64,000 nucleotides of DNA from Octopus vulgaris (Eukaryota). Both the position numbers and the translations under genes were made by a program. The stretch spans positions 14,694,001 to 14,758,000 of the forward strand of contig OX597842.1 in the NCBI GenBank assembly GCA_951406725.2, in the 5' to 3' direction. Below are positions 25,413-39,952 of this stretch, in pieces (within the stretch, counting starts at the first letter, position 1; the number at the start of each line of letters is the position of its first letter). The notes beneath the pieces are model-generated. The model did no database searches. It saw nothing but the letters and a program-made list of their open reading frames with translations, and was not told the DNA's origin.

Positions 25413-25661
25413 AATAAGAGGCGCAGGCAACAGGTTGCTTGGCCGCATACCAAAAAAATTAGAAATAGCAGTCAAGACTGTTTATTTCTATTATCTGCAT
25501 GTGGGACTCCACACACGACATACCTGTAATTCACATATGCAAAACAGAAGGAATAAATAACGTGTGTGGAGCCCCATTTGAAGATAATAGAAATAAACCG
25601 TCTTCACTGCTATTTCTAATTTTTTCGGTATGTGAACAAACAACCTGTTGCCTGCGCCTCT

Positions 25662-25665
<4 letters not shown>
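25413..25665. mobile_element. MITE with ~80-bp TIRs, possibly Tc1/mariner-derived
   Basis: TA-AGAGGCGCAGGCAACAGGTTG...CAACCTGTTGCCTGCGCCTCT-TA. The copy at ~42398-42646 ends CCTCG-TA. Confidence 0.8.
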
Positions 25666-25703
<38 letters not shown>

Positions 25704-25752
25704 TTCTCTTTCTCTCTCTCTCTCTCTTATATATATATATATATATATATAT

Positions 25753-25993
25753 AAATATTATTAGAGAAAAACCACTATTTTGCAAAACAAACAAGGAAAG
25801 ACTTAATCAATACATAAAATTTTAATAATTTGACTATTTATTAAAATTGTATGTATTGATTAAGTCTTTCCTTGTTTGTTTTGCAAAATAGTGGTTTTGT
25901 CTCTAATAATATTTTATAATATTTTACTATAAAATTGATTTAATCCTAAATCTGATTTTTTCCCTGTAAATTTGGATTTATTCCCTAATATTT

Positions 25994-26000
<7 letters not shown>
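25753..26000 (-). repeat. Second palindromic element of the 21.7-22.0 kb family, opposite orientation
   Basis: ~75-bp inverted arms (25753-25914) plus the tail TCCCTGTAAATTTGGATTTATTCCCTAATATTT. Absent at the orthologous (TA)n site in copy B (~42820-42870). Confidence 0.85.
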
Positions 26001-26041
<41 letters not shown>

Positions 26042-26602
26042 TATATACATATACATATATGTGTGTGTGTGTATTTGTATATTAATTAAAGGGAAACGGA
26101 GAATATAAATCGAAGGCAGGAAGAATATCTCAAGTCATTTACAATATTTAATTTGAAGTCCTCCAGTCGTTTCTAGGATATCCCAAGTGATAGGCTAGCA
26201 TGTGCGTACACTGAGTATTCCAACATCAGAGACTATACGACTAATTGTGAAAGATCTAGACAGGGAATTTCACAAGTTGAAAGACATGAAATGCGAAATA
26301 GAAGAATATCGGTAGATAGAAGAATACAGAGAGGAGTTTAATGTTCACAGCACATCCTTTTCCAGAGGGTAGGGACGTAAGTTCGCACTTCGATGAAGTA
26401 CTTGAGATACCCTCGCTGCCTTGATTTGTGTTGTCCTTTTTCTTTTAATTAATATAGACCAGCTAACTCAGACGCCTAACACGGATCCCTAGCTCCAGCC
26501 TCAGATGTGAAATTGGAACGTAACGGATAATCGAATATAGCATTTGTCAGCGATTCTATTCCTTTAGATCACCAAGGAATTACAGACATATATACATATA
26601 TA

Positions 26603-26767
26603 TGCGCAGGAGTGGCTGTGGGGTAAGTAGTTAGCTAACCAACCACATGGTCCCGGATTCAGTCCAACTGAGTGGCATCTTGGGCAAGTGTCTTCTGCTA
26701 TAGCTCCGAGCCGAACAATATCTTGTGAGTGGATTTGGTAGACGGAAACTGAAAGAAGCCTGTCGTA

Positions 26768-26824
<57 letters not shown>

Positions 26825-27050
26825 GTGTATGTGTGTGTTTGTGTGTCTGTGTTTGACCCCCTAGCATTGCTTGACAACCGATGCTGGTGTGTGTACGTCC
26901 CCGACACTTAGCGGTTCGGCAAAAGAGACCGATAGAATAAGCACTGGGCTTACAAAGGACAAGTCCCATGGTCGATTTGTTCGACTAAAGGCGGTGCTCC
27001 AGCATGGCCGCAGTCAAAATGACTAAAACAAGTAAAAGAGAGAAAGAAAG
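26603..27050 (+). mobile_element. Full-length abundant tRNA-derived SINE (Octopus-type) with internal (TA)n
   Basis: Pol III-like head GCAGGAGTGGCTGTGGGGTAAG..GGATTCAGTCC, central CTTGGGCAAGTGTCTT and tail GGTGCTCCAGCATGGCCGCAGTC..AACAAGTAAAAGAG. Copy at 43441-43890. Deleted derivatives at 25120-25250 and 41740-41880. Confidence 0.9.
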
Positions 27051-27438
27051 AGATATATATCAATATTATATCTATGTATATGCATGTGTATACACTTATA
27101 CCCACAGACAGGTATGAAGCTTGTTAACCAAACACATAGTGTTGGATTCAGTCCCACTGCGTCGCAACATGGACGGGAATTTCCCGCTATAACCTCCGGC
27201 CGACATGCGACTTTTGAGTGAATTCGATAGCCGGAAACTGAAAGAAATACCTCATCTCAGTATATGTGCGGATAAGCGTGTATGTGTGTGTGTATGTGTT
27301 TGTGTGTTTGTGTGTTTTAGTGTGCTTAACAACCGGCGCAGGTGCGTTTATGACCCCTTAATATTACCATTCATTCAATTAAATATTATTCAAGGGGGTG
27401 CGCCATCTTGGCCGATTCTACTGACGGAAACAAAAGAT

Positions 27439-27477
<39 letters not shown>

Positions 27478-27518
27478 TACATACATTCCAATGCAGACAG
27501 AGATGTATGCATAGATAG

Positions 27519-27578
<60 letters not shown>

Positions 27579-28764
27579 TGTCTGGGTGTCTGTCTGGTAT
27601 GTCTGTATGTGTATATTATATATTATTACTAAACAATATATATATTGTTTAGTAATACATGTATATATCTATGTACACACACAAACATACTCACGCACAC
27701 ATACACACATATGTATGTATGTATAATATTACTTACTACTACATTGCAGTATTGCGTCACCCATTGTTCATTAAAATTTCAATACATTGTACTGAATAAA
27801 ACACACCAAACATTGTTAACATATATTCTAAATGTTAAGTCAAATGGAAAAAACAAGATCCCTTCCTTTCTCAAAATATCATATACTACTCTCTCTCTCT
27901 CTTTCGCTTTCTCTAGCTTTCTCTCTAAAAGATAAGCATTATTTTGCTTTTGTGATGTGGTGCCTCAACAAAGCACACACACACACAAAGATTCATAATA
28001 CATACATACATACATATATAGTGAGTACCCATAAGATAGTAGAAGCTATAGCCGCTAATAAGAAGAAGTATTTTTGAAATGTCCCAGTGAAACCCTCAAT
28101 AAAATGTGAACATAATCGACGTGACAGAGAAGATTTGACTCAGGGAAGACAATCTGTGTACAGCTGTAGAAATGAGCTGACCAGCGGATGTTAACATAAA
28201 TCTAAAGATCATAAAAAGAATTCTTGAACTCTTGAGAAATCAACAGTTACACGTCCTATATTATAAGTTAACGTATAGACTTGAACTTGTAATCTGTAAT
28301 TAGTGGGACAGTGGGATATGCAACACACTGTCTAATCCCGAGAAATTAGGCTTCCCAAAACTAGAAGGGAAATAGCTGATTCGTAATCTACAGATCCAGG
28401 CCACCACTGGATCTCTTAAAATCTAAATGTTTTCAGAAATTTATCATTTAAATATATGCATGAGAATACATACACAAAACCAAATATACAAATCTGCACG
28501 TGTACTAATTTCAAATACGGCTAATATTATCATACATACATGCAAATGTACCCTGTGATGTTGAAATTCCAATGAAGGAACATTGGATCTAGGTTAGAAT
28601 CCGGCTCACCATCTACATATAAAATTTGATAATAACATACATACATACATAATACATACATATATACATAAATACATACATACATACATACATACATACA
28701 TACATACATACATACATACATACATACATACATACATACATACATACATACATACATACATACA

Positions 28765-29109
28765 TGGTGGCTGTCTCCTCGTCATCGAGTATGGCCATTG
28801 TAAGTGCAGTCGTATTATACTATTTCAGTTTTGTGCAGAGACCAGACTGGTGCTTTGTATTTTTCCAATATTTTCCCGTCATTCTTTGCCCTTCACATCT
28901 GCATCCGCGAGGTTTCTTCAATCACTTCTCAAAGACTGTTTAAGCATTTGGCATGCTTTTTTACATTGCCAACTTTTAATAAAAGTTTTTCTTGGGGGGG
29001 GGGGATTCCTCATCTTGAAAATGTGGCCCGAGTAGATCCGAATGAATTCGGTTCATAATATCGAAACAATGCTATTTTAATCCCGAGCAAAGCCGGTTTT
29101 CTCTGCTAG
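28765..29109 (+). mobile_element. Helitron 3' end (second copy)
   Basis: Matches 6041-6338 and ends CTAG|T at 29106-29110, followed by the same downstream flank. Copy at ~44950-45296. Confidence 0.8.
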
Positions 29110-29559
29110 TGTATCATATTGGAATAGTATTTCTATGTAATATACGATGTGTCTATGGATGTTTCTATTTGTTCTGCAGTGATTTAAGGCAGGTTTTCCC
29201 AATGTGGCAATGGTTGCATGTTCTTTATTTCATATTCTACCATTATGATCATTGTTGCTCAATTGTTGTTGTAGATTTTCAGCAAAACGTCAAACTTCAC
29301 CATTGTACATATAAAAAATAATCCATAAATTAAAAATTTGAAAATTTTGTGAAACGCAACTCGTAAGTATTGATCCAGTGAAAGATATCGTCATTATGTG
29401 CCATGCATCCAGAGAGATTAAGCCAGTGCCTTCCTTAATTTGTGATTTTACCTAACAGTTTATATAAATTAGTCAGAGCAGGTGAGGCATCACACTCACA
29501 AATGACTTATTTCAAGCATTGAACATGTCAAGTATATATATATATATATATATATATAT

Positions 29560-31024
29560 ACCAGAAAATATGCACACCTATGTTAAAAGCGCTGGCGAGT
29601 GTGCATGGCAACCTTGAGTTTGCTCAATTGAAAGGCGTGAACTGTAGGGCAAAATTACTCATCTTTTAAAATGTGGCTCGCGTAGACCCGAATGCAATCG
29701 GGTTATAATACTGAAGCAAGTAAAATAATAATAATAAACTATTTTAATCACGAACAAGGCTGGGTATCTCTGGTATTCTAATATATATTTGGGAAAAGGG
29801 CGGACGTTGTCTCACATAACAATTGAGCTGACAAAAGTGTTAGTAAATGTAGTCGGATTGTGCTGAAAATTTGCACACCTGTTGAAATTCTCAACAGCCA
29901 ACTACCCCCGGACTTCCACATCATGACTGAAGGTTGGTGTTCCAGTTATGCTGCTAAGAAACGTTGAACCACCAGAACTATGCAACGGTACGCGTCTGAC
30001 TATTAAAAATTGTGCAGGTAAATGTAGTCGGATTGTGCTGAAAATGTGCACACCTATTGAAATCCTCAACAGCCAACTACCCCGCGGACTTTCACCTCAT
30101 GACTGAAGGTTGGGGTTCCAGTTATGCTGCTGAGAAACGTGGAACCACCAGAACTATGCAACGGTACGCGTCTGATCATCAAAAACATGGGACCTTAATT
30201 CTGACGACAATCATTCTGAGCGGACCGTCTGCGGTCGTAACAAAGTTATTAAGCCCCATGAGCCTTAGTCCCTCGGCCGTAACACTTGAATTTACGCGAC
30301 GGCAGTTTCCCGTCAATGAGCATCAACAAAGCACGGAGACAGTCGTTACAAGTAGTTGGCCTCAATCTGACACAGCAGTTATTTATCCACGGTCAACTAT
30401 ACGTCGGATGCTCCCGTGTCGGCAGTCCATACAATCTCTTCATTTGTGGTAATCCGGGCAACACCAGGAACGTTGTCCCCAAAGAAGCCCTGCAAGAACA
30501 CTTTTGAACCTTCCGCCATTACTCTCCCGTCGCTGGAGTCATTGTAACTTTCTCAAATTTTTAACCCAACTGCATCCACCTTCTTCACGTTGCTGGCCAC
30601 ATCTGCAAACTGACCACCTCTGCCACCAGTCAAACTCCCAGCCCATGGGTTCACGTCCCGACACTGATTCCGCAAAATTAAGTTGGGTGTGACTACATAT
30701 TGTATCCAAAATATTGCAAGTGCAGTCGTATTTCAGTTTTGTGCAGGGACCAGACTGGTGTTTTGTATTTTTCCAGCGTTTTTCCGTCATTCTTTGCCCT
30801 TCACATCTGCATCCGCGAGGTTTCTTCAATCACTTCTCAAAGACTGTTTAAACATTTGCCAAGCCTTTTTACATTACCAATTTTTAATAAAGGTTTCGTT
30901 TTGGGCGGGGGGAGGGGGGATTCCTCACCTTGAAAATGTGGCCCGAGTTAACCCGAATGAAATCGGGTCATAATATCGAAACAATGCTATTTTAATCCCG
31001 AGCAAAGGCGGCTTTCTCTGCTAG
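29560..31024 (+). mobile_element. Cluster of Helitron fragments including the copy B helicase remnant
   Basis: A diverged 3'-end-like piece (29670-29775) and a diverged helicase piece (29792-30005) precede 30006-31024, which matches 5329-6338 and ends CTAG|T. Confidence 0.85.
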
Positions 31025-34000
31025 TGTATCATATAGGAATAGTATTTCTATGTAATATACGATGTGTCTATGGATGTTTCTATTTGTTCTGCAGTGATTT
31101 AAGGCAGGTTTTCCCAATGTGGCAATGGTTGCATGTTCTTTATTTTATATTCTACCATTATGAAAATTGTTACTCAATAGTTGTTGTAGATTTTCAGCAA
31201 AACGTCAAACTTCACCATTGTACATATAAAAAATAATCCATAAATTTAAAATTTGAAAATTTAGTGAAACGCAACTCGTAAGTATTGTCCAATTGTTATT
31301 GGATTCTTACGTGATACGGGTGAACAAACCTGATTATTTTGAAATTTAACATAAAATTATTTATATTACGTCAAATTTATTTCAGAAATAGATAAGCAAT
31401 CATTATTAGAAATTATTGGTTTAGAAACAAATTATATCGTATCATACTTTATACAAAATTATTTTGAATAAATTGCTGACATATCTTACTAATTTCTAGC
31501 TCCATAAACGTGGAATGAACTAATATTCAAACATTATATGTGATGTAAAAACACAACAAAAATATAATAAACATGACCTTTCTTCCTGAAAGTTGTACAA
31601 AACAATAAGTCGCCGATTATGTAAACTAAGAGGAACATATTCAAATTTAAATTTAATTTGTAACAATAAACTTATTTATAAAAAGGACGTTTTGAAAAAA
31701 CAGAGAAAAGAGAACTCTATCACTGACTCTCTGAAACCAAAAGGATAACTTTCAAATGTGATAACTCAGAATCAGTTCTTTTATTGAGTGAGATCTTCAT
31801 CTTGTTCTGCTCAAAGACTGTGACAGTAGTTAGCATATTGTAATTAAAGACAAAGTATATTCTCTATAGAGAAATGGTCAAATCTATCGAGGAATAAAAC
31901 TGCAGAAAGTAACGACGACGGTAATAACTGAGGAGAGTGAAGAACTTGAAAGAGTGTCATGAATTCAGAAATAAGTAATTCTCTCAGAACGACAAAACGT
32001 CCTGTTAAAATAATGATTTTTTTAATGCAAGAATTTATTCAAAAGCAACAAATATTCTTCAAAATAAAGACCAAACGCACGAACTTTTTCCTCAACTTAA
32101 TAAATAAATTTTGAAGCAATTAAAGAAATAAGAGGTTTCATTTAGTATGCGATGTTCGGCTGCTATTTCTAGCAGCTGCATCCACAATAGGTGCAGGGTG
32201 CAGTGTGAAGATTACGAGGAGGAATTTAAGGGATAAGAATTGCAATATTAAAAGAAGCGAAACGAAAACGAATCCTGTGATATAGAAAAGTGTTCGATAT
32301 TTATTGATATTGCGTTATAAACACTTCGATCTATTATTTACATTAAATCATTTTTGGAAATCTTCAAATTCTGCGCAAGAAAAAAATACAATTTAAAGCG
32401 AAAAGGGATTCAATAAGAGTTATTGTTCTTACGCTTTGACACCGCCCACCACATTGTATAATGTAGAATGACTCCGCCCATTTTGCTTTGTTTATTAACT
32501 CATACCCTTCCCCTATTACAAAATATATATCGTCCAATAAGCGGGCTCTCCCTCTTTGTCTGTCTCTTTCTCTTCGCTTCCGTCTCCCACCTCCTCATAT
32601 ATTACCCAATGCTACCCCCTCCCTTGCTTGTAGTCTTAATTCCCTCTGTCTGCACCTCACTAAACCCATAATGCATTTTCATACTCTTTCTCCCTCCCCT
32701 ACAAAACATATCCTCCCACTTCTCCCTCTTTGTCTCCTTTCTCTCAGAACCTCATTATATATTCATTTTAACCAACCCCGCCTCCCTTGCTATATCGTTC
32801 AACTCATCCTCTCCCTCACTTCCTAAACGTATATATCAATTCCCTCTCTCTCTCTCTCTCTCTCTCACACACATTCTTTCTCTTTCTTTCTCTGCCATTT
32901 CATACATTAACATATCCCTCCCCTTCCCTAGATTTCCCCATTTCTCTTTCTCTCTTCCTTTCTCTCTCTCTCTCTCACTCTTTCTTCCTTTCTTTCTCTC
33001 TCTATCTCCCCCACCTCCTTATATCTTACCCTCTCCCTCTTCCTCTCCTTTTATTCCTAAGAAACCTTATTTTCTTACAAATAAATTATATTTTCAGATT
33101 TACCTTAAAATTTCTCTCTCGCTAATTATTTTACCAGAAGCTAATTATTTAACTAACGATTAATTACATAATTACTGTGTAGTTCTTAATTGAGGAAATT
33201 AAATAGTCGAGGCATTGACGGACAATTTAAGAAGCATTTATTCAGAGAATCGTCCTACACGTGGTTTGACACCATGCTAGAAATAACCGCCCACCACACT
33301 ATGCTTTACATCGTTTTTATGAAGGTCACTTTAAGGAGCTTCTGAGGAAATATCGTCCAGTTGGGGATCAAATGTGATGCTAGAAATAACAGCCAAGTAT
33401 ATTAAAGTTTGGTTTTGTGTTTCATATAAAAATGAAGGACACTTCGAAACTCTTCTCTCTCCTTCCTCATTCTGTATTAATACCTCATCCTTCCCCTCTT
33501 CCTTTCTCTAATACATGATTGACTCCCTCTCTTATCACACACATCATTCCCTCTCCTTCTCTACTCCTCTCTCTGTCACTTATTTATGTTATTGTTTAAC
33601 CCCGCCTCCCTCATCCCTCGTTTTCTCTCAACTCTTACTCTCCCTCCCTCACAAAGCATATATCTCTTACATCGTCTCTATTTCCTTCCCCCTCCCTCAC
33701 TTTTTGTCTCTCTCCCTCCCTCTTTACCACCTCATATCTCATACTATCCCTCTACCTCTTTTGCGCTCCGCCCCACGTCACACTCTCCCTCTCTTTCTAA
33801 ACCTATGTATCATTCTCTCTCTCCCTCCACCTCCTTATATAATATTCTCTCATTCTCTTACCTCATTCCTCCCTCCCTTTCTCCTCCCTTTCCATCTCCC
33901 TCTCTTTCTCTATATCTGTCTTTCTCTCTCTTTGCTCTCTCCATTTCTCTATTTCAGTCTCTCTCTTTCTCCCTCTCGCTTCTTATGTCTCTCTCTGTCT

Positions 34001-36422
34001 CCGTGTCTCTGTTTGTCTGTCTCTCTCCTTCTCCCTCTCTCCCTCTCCCTCTCTCTATTACCTTATTATATATTAATGCTCCGCCTTTTTACTCTTTGTC
34101 TCTCATCTCATACTCCTCCTCTCTTCTTAACATTAATTTCTCTAATCCCTCCTCCTTCCTCCCCCTCTCTCCCTCCCTCTCCCTCTTTCTTCTCATCATT
34201 TTTACAGAATTACGTCGCCTTCCTCTCCATCTCTCTCTCATTCTTTCTTTCTTTTTGTTTCCCTTTAATTTCATTCTATTTTCTTTCTTTCTTTTTGCAT
34301 TCTTTCTTTCTTTCTCGCCTTTCCCTCTCTTCCTTTCTTACTCTTCCTTCCTTCCTTCTTTCCTTTTCCTTTCTTTCTTTTTCTTTTTCTGTCTTTCATT
34401 TTTTCTCTCTTTTTTCTTTCTTCTTTCTTTTTTCTTTCTTTCTTGAACTTCCTTTCTTTCTTTGTTTCATTCTTTCTTACTTTCTTCTTTCTTTCTTTCA
34501 TTTTCCTTTCCTTCTTCTTTCTTTTTTCTTTCTTTGTTTTTTTCTTTCTCTCCTTTATTTCTTTCTTTCTTCTTTATTCTTTCTTTGTTTCTTCCCTTTT
34601 TTCTTCCTTCCTTCATCTCTCACATTCTTTCCTTCTTTCCTTCTTCCTTTCTTTCTTTCTTTCAGTTCTTCGTTCTTCCTTTCTTTCCTTCTTTCTTTCT
34701 TCCCTCCTTCCTTCCTTCCTCCCTTCCTTTCTTTATTTTCTTAATTTTCTTTTATTTCTTCATTCTTAGTTTCTTTCTTCTTTCTTTCTTTCCTTTCTTT
34801 TTTTCATTCTTTCTTTCCTTTCTTTTTTCTTTCTTTCTTTCCTTTTACTTTCTTTCTTCCTTTCTTTCTTTCTTCTTTCTTTCCTTTTTTCTTTCTTTCT
34901 TTCTTTCTTTCCTTTCTGTCTTTCTTTCTTCCTTCATTTCTCTCATTCTTTCCTTCTTTCTTTCTTTCCTTTCTGTCTTTCTTTCTGTCTTTCTTTGTTC
35001 CTTCATTTCTCTTATTCTTTCTTTCTTTCATTCTTTCTTTCTTTCATTCATTCATTTTCGTTATTTCTTTGGTTTTCTTTCTGTTTTTCATTTCCTTCTT
35101 CTTACCCTTCATTCTTTTTTCTTTCATCGCTCTTATCTTACCTTCTCCTTTGACTCTTTTCTTTTTCTTCCTTCCTTTTATTGTCCTTGTTTCGTTTCCT
35201 TTCCTTTTCTCCTTTTACTCTCTCTCTCCCTCTCGCCCTGCTCTTATCTTTCTCTCCTTCTTTCCTTCATTTCGCTTCTTTCTTTCTTTTTTCCTTCTTT
35301 TTTTCCATCATTCTTTCTCCCTTTCTTTCTTTCCTTCTCTCCCCCGCTCTCATTTCATGCATTATTACAGAATCATGTTACTTTATTCCTTCCATCCTCT
35401 TTTCTTTCATTCCTTCTTTATCTCTCTTTTTTCTTCCTTTCTCTCTCTCTCACTCTCTTTCATTATTTCCTTCTTTTTACTCTCTCTCCCACTCTCTTTC
35501 TTTCCCTTTATCTCATTGTTTCCCTCCCAAAACCATTCCGACTTTTATAAAAGAATCTCACCTCTCTATTGTCTCGCATCATTCGTGAAACAACAGCCAA
35601 ACACCTTGAAATTCCTAATGTCTTATTTTTATATAAATGCAGGACACTTGAGGAAGCGTCTATCAAATATATTGTCCTACTGGTGGTCGGGTAATATGCT
35701 AAAAATAATAGTTTATATTTTATATTGCTTTTCATGAAGGATTGAAGGAGACTTTAAGAAGCATCCAGAGGAATATTATCCAATTGGTGGTCCTACGTGA
35801 TGCTAGAAATAACAGTAAATATGTCTTTGATAAATATTTTTATTGTTTTTGTTGAATAATATTTTTTGAAAAATTGCCGCAATAATTATGCACCAACCCA
35901 ATATTTTACCTGACCCTTGAACTGAGCGTGACATGGATTAAAGTGAGGGAAGGTTGCACAATAGCATCTGGCTTGCTCTCTCGTCCCTTCCTCTGTGATT
36001 CCAGTGGAAGGATGAAGTGAAGAAAACTACAGACAGGTTGCAGTTCCCCCTCCACAAAGTTTGCGAGTCCGTTGAGCCTATCTATTGATTTCCTCAGCAC
36101 ACTCCACCGGTTCACATCCATAGATAGACAAGCCCTAGTCCACCAATGGTTAAAGGCCGTGTGCTACCCTTACCATGGTTTAGCCAGCCTGTGGAAGCCG
36201 TGAGCCTGGGTGTGGATACTGTTGCATGCAGATAGCATTGATGAACCACAGGTGAGAAGTGGGAGTCACGGGAGGACCAAAGCGGACGGACTACTCCAAG
36301 GAGTACTACATATGGTTTAACGTTTCGAGCAACGATTTTTCTTCAGAAACAGAAGAAAGTTTAATAGAAAGGAAGACAGAGGAATAGAATCGCTAACGAT
36401 CCACATGTGGTTACGTTTTGAA

Positions 36423-36462
<40 letters not shown>

Positions 36463-36683
36463 GATTATCCTAAACTATGAATATTGTTATTGTTGTTCGT
36501 GGTGGTGTTGTTGCTGTTGTTGTTATTATTATTATCTATAATTATTTCTATCTGTATATCTCTCTCTCTCAATCTTTCTCTCTCTCTACTCACACACACA
36601 CACACAATTATATATATCGGGAGAGAGATAGTTAGGAAGGTAGGTACATAGACAGATAGACAGACAGAGAGATAGATAGATAT

Positions 36684-36715
<32 letters not shown>

Positions 36716-36716
36716 G

Positions 36717-36764
<48 letters not shown>

Positions 36765-36776
36765 CGATAGACAGAC

Positions 36777-36807
<31 letters not shown>

Positions 36808-36808
36808 C

Positions 36809-36846
<38 letters not shown>

Positions 36847-36876
36847 ATGATGGATGGATGGATGGATAGATAGATG

Positions 36877-36923
<47 letters not shown>

Positions 36924-36951
36924 GATGGATGGATAGATGGATAGATAGATG

Positions 36952-37056
<105 letters not shown>

Positions 37057-37073
37057 GTAGGAAGGTAGGTAGG

Positions 37074-37133
<60 letters not shown>

Positions 37134-37142
37134 TAGACAGAC

Positions 37143-37194
<52 letters not shown>

Positions 37195-37344
37195 GGATAG
37201 ATAGATAGATAGACAGAAAAGAATAAAGACAAGTAGTGTGTATGTTCATGCATTTCTTGTGCTCCTGTATAAATAGCAGGCAATAAGAAAAGAAAATCCA
37301 AAAAAGAACAACAACAAACACAAAAAAAGACAACACTGCGAGGA

Positions 37345-38744
37345 TGTGGTACCGGTGTCTGAGGTGTGTTGTTGGGCTGCTGATGGGTGGTTGGTGCCCG
37401 TTGGGGTGTTGATTCTGTGGGTGTTGTCACCGATGCAACAGGTGTTGTACACGTTGTCCTCGACAGCTTTGGTGTTGGGCGGATGTGGGCCCTGTTGCGT
37501 CTCAGCTGCCTACCAGATTCCGTTTCTATTATATACGATCTTGGATTTTCAGCTCTACTGACAACCTGTGCTGGGATCCATGTTTTAGTTATGGCATCTT
37601 GAGTATGCACATGTTGTCCTCCAAGTATCTCAGGTAAGTATTGTGCATGTTTGTTGTAATATTTCTGTGATTGTTCTTGAGTGGCAGCTAGCTTTGCCCT
37701 TGTCTCTTCCTGGTCAATAGGAGGTTGGATCTTGGTTGGCAGGGTAGTTTTGTACTTCCTGCCACTCTGCAATTCTGTTGGGGATTTCCTGTCAGCTATG
37801 AGTGGGTCGCTCGTAGGGACAGAAGTGCCAGGTGTGGGTCTTCCTTAGTCTCTCGGCATTTGACGAGTGTTCTCTTTACTGTCTGCACCTGTCTTTCTAT
37901 AAACCCATGGCATTTGAGATAGTGTGGAGATGAGGTTGTAATATTGAACCCATACTCATCGGCTAGCTTTTTGAATTCTTGCGATGTGAACTGGGTTCCA
38001 TTGTCACATATGATCTGCTCTTGTATTCCTTGCTCTGCTAGAAGTCCTCGAGCCACTGTAGTGATTGTTTTGGCTCTCAGGTCTTTCACTTTTCTCATAA
38101 ATGGAAATTTGGAGTAGTAGCATTCTTGGCTTTCCGTGAACAGATCTACTCCAATAGTTTGCCATGGCCTTCTTGGGATGTCACTAGATATCATTTCCTC
38201 CTTTTGTTGTGAGTTTCTGTACTTTTGACAGATGTGGCATGTAGAAACTGTCTTTTCTATGTCTTTGTACATGCCTACCCAATATACTGCTGACTTGGCT
38301 CGGAGCTTGCATTTCTCCATTCTTAGATGCCCTTGGTGAATCTTGTCAAGAATCTCTTTTTGCATTGACTTGGGTATAATTATTGGGGATCCAGCCATCA
38401 GGATTCCGTTCTCCACTGATATATCGTCATGGATGGTCCAATATTCACGAATGAGGGGCTGTACCTGACGTCTCTTTTCTGGCCACCCCTGAATCACCAT
38501 CTGAGTAAGGAGCTGGTGTTCTTCATCTTTGCTGGTCTCCTCTTTGTTTTCAGCTAGCTTTGTAGTTGTTACATTTACAATGTGGTGGACCTTTATGCTT
38601 AGTCCTTCCATCTCCTGTTTATCATGTGAGGATAGTCTGGAAAGAGCATCCGCCAATATCAGGACTTTTCCTGGCTTTACCTGATATCGTAGTCGTATGT
38701 TTGAAGCCTTAACAGTAATCTTTGCAGTCTGGCTGGTGCTTTCG
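37345..38744 (-). mobile_element. Ty3/Gypsy integrase fragment, copy B
   Basis: ORF 37796-38656 has an intact HHCC (CHIC) and DDE core. Frameshift at ~37800, truncated at 38744. Confidence 0.92.
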
Positions 38745-38851
38745 AGTTGCTGCTTTCAACGCACATATATACCGATCTACATATATACATGTCTCGAGAT
38801 AAAACCGTACGGCATATGTATTGTAACACCTTCAGTCATATTGAATGACAC

Positions 38852-38921
<70 letters not shown>

Positions 38922-39734
38922 TAAATTAGAGATAAAACCACTATTAGGCAAATCATGAAAAAGTTAACCCAATACATAAGATTATTTAATTTATATTATT
39001 TAAATATATAATTTTGAAGGTGTTACAATACATATGCCGCTAGAAATAAGAGCTAAATAGCTCTGTTGCTGCTGTCAAAGCACATATGATTTTATACATA
39101 CATGCCAGCGGCGACTGTAGATGACAGTGACTGACAACTACTGACATCTTTATACCGTACGGTTTCATCTCTAGACATGTATATATGTAGATCTGTATAT
39201 ATATGCGTTGAAAGCAGCAACAGAGCCATTTAGCTCTTATTTCTAGCAGTTTAGGTGTTCTAACACCTTCAGTCATATTAAATAACGTTTATTGTTTTCG
39301 TTTTAGGTGAAACTCCGCTAACTAGCTGCCTCATTTAATTACACAACGCACACTCTCACACACACATAAATACATTTGTACACCTCTATATATGCAACTA
39401 TCAATCTATGTCCAATATTCCTGGGTCGTGTGTAGAGTCCTGAGTTATCTCCTCCACACGTTCCAATGAGAAGGCACCGTCATTTCACTTTCCGACTGGA
39501 TTCCCTCGATTGGCAAACTAATATTCTCCAAACAACTCGTTGTTGGTCTACCCCTATAGAGCCTGTCGGTTGGTTCGGGTTGAGGAATCCGTTTTGCTCT
39601 TCATTTCTTCAACATCCTAATCCCATCCTAATCCCATGACCATTGTACCGGAAGTATATACACCTTGTGGGGAAAACTAATGATTCGACTTGGGGAGATT
39701 TCCAGATATTCGAGCTACGTTCAGTGTCACGCAA

Positions 39735-39802
<68 letters not shown>

Positions 39803-39921
39803 TTGTGTATGTATGTATATGTGCTTATTTTTCTGCAGATGAAACATGAAGTATAATTACATACATACATACCTACATACCTACATGCATACATACATAC
39901 ATACATACATACATACATACA

Positions 39922-39952
<31 letters not shown>

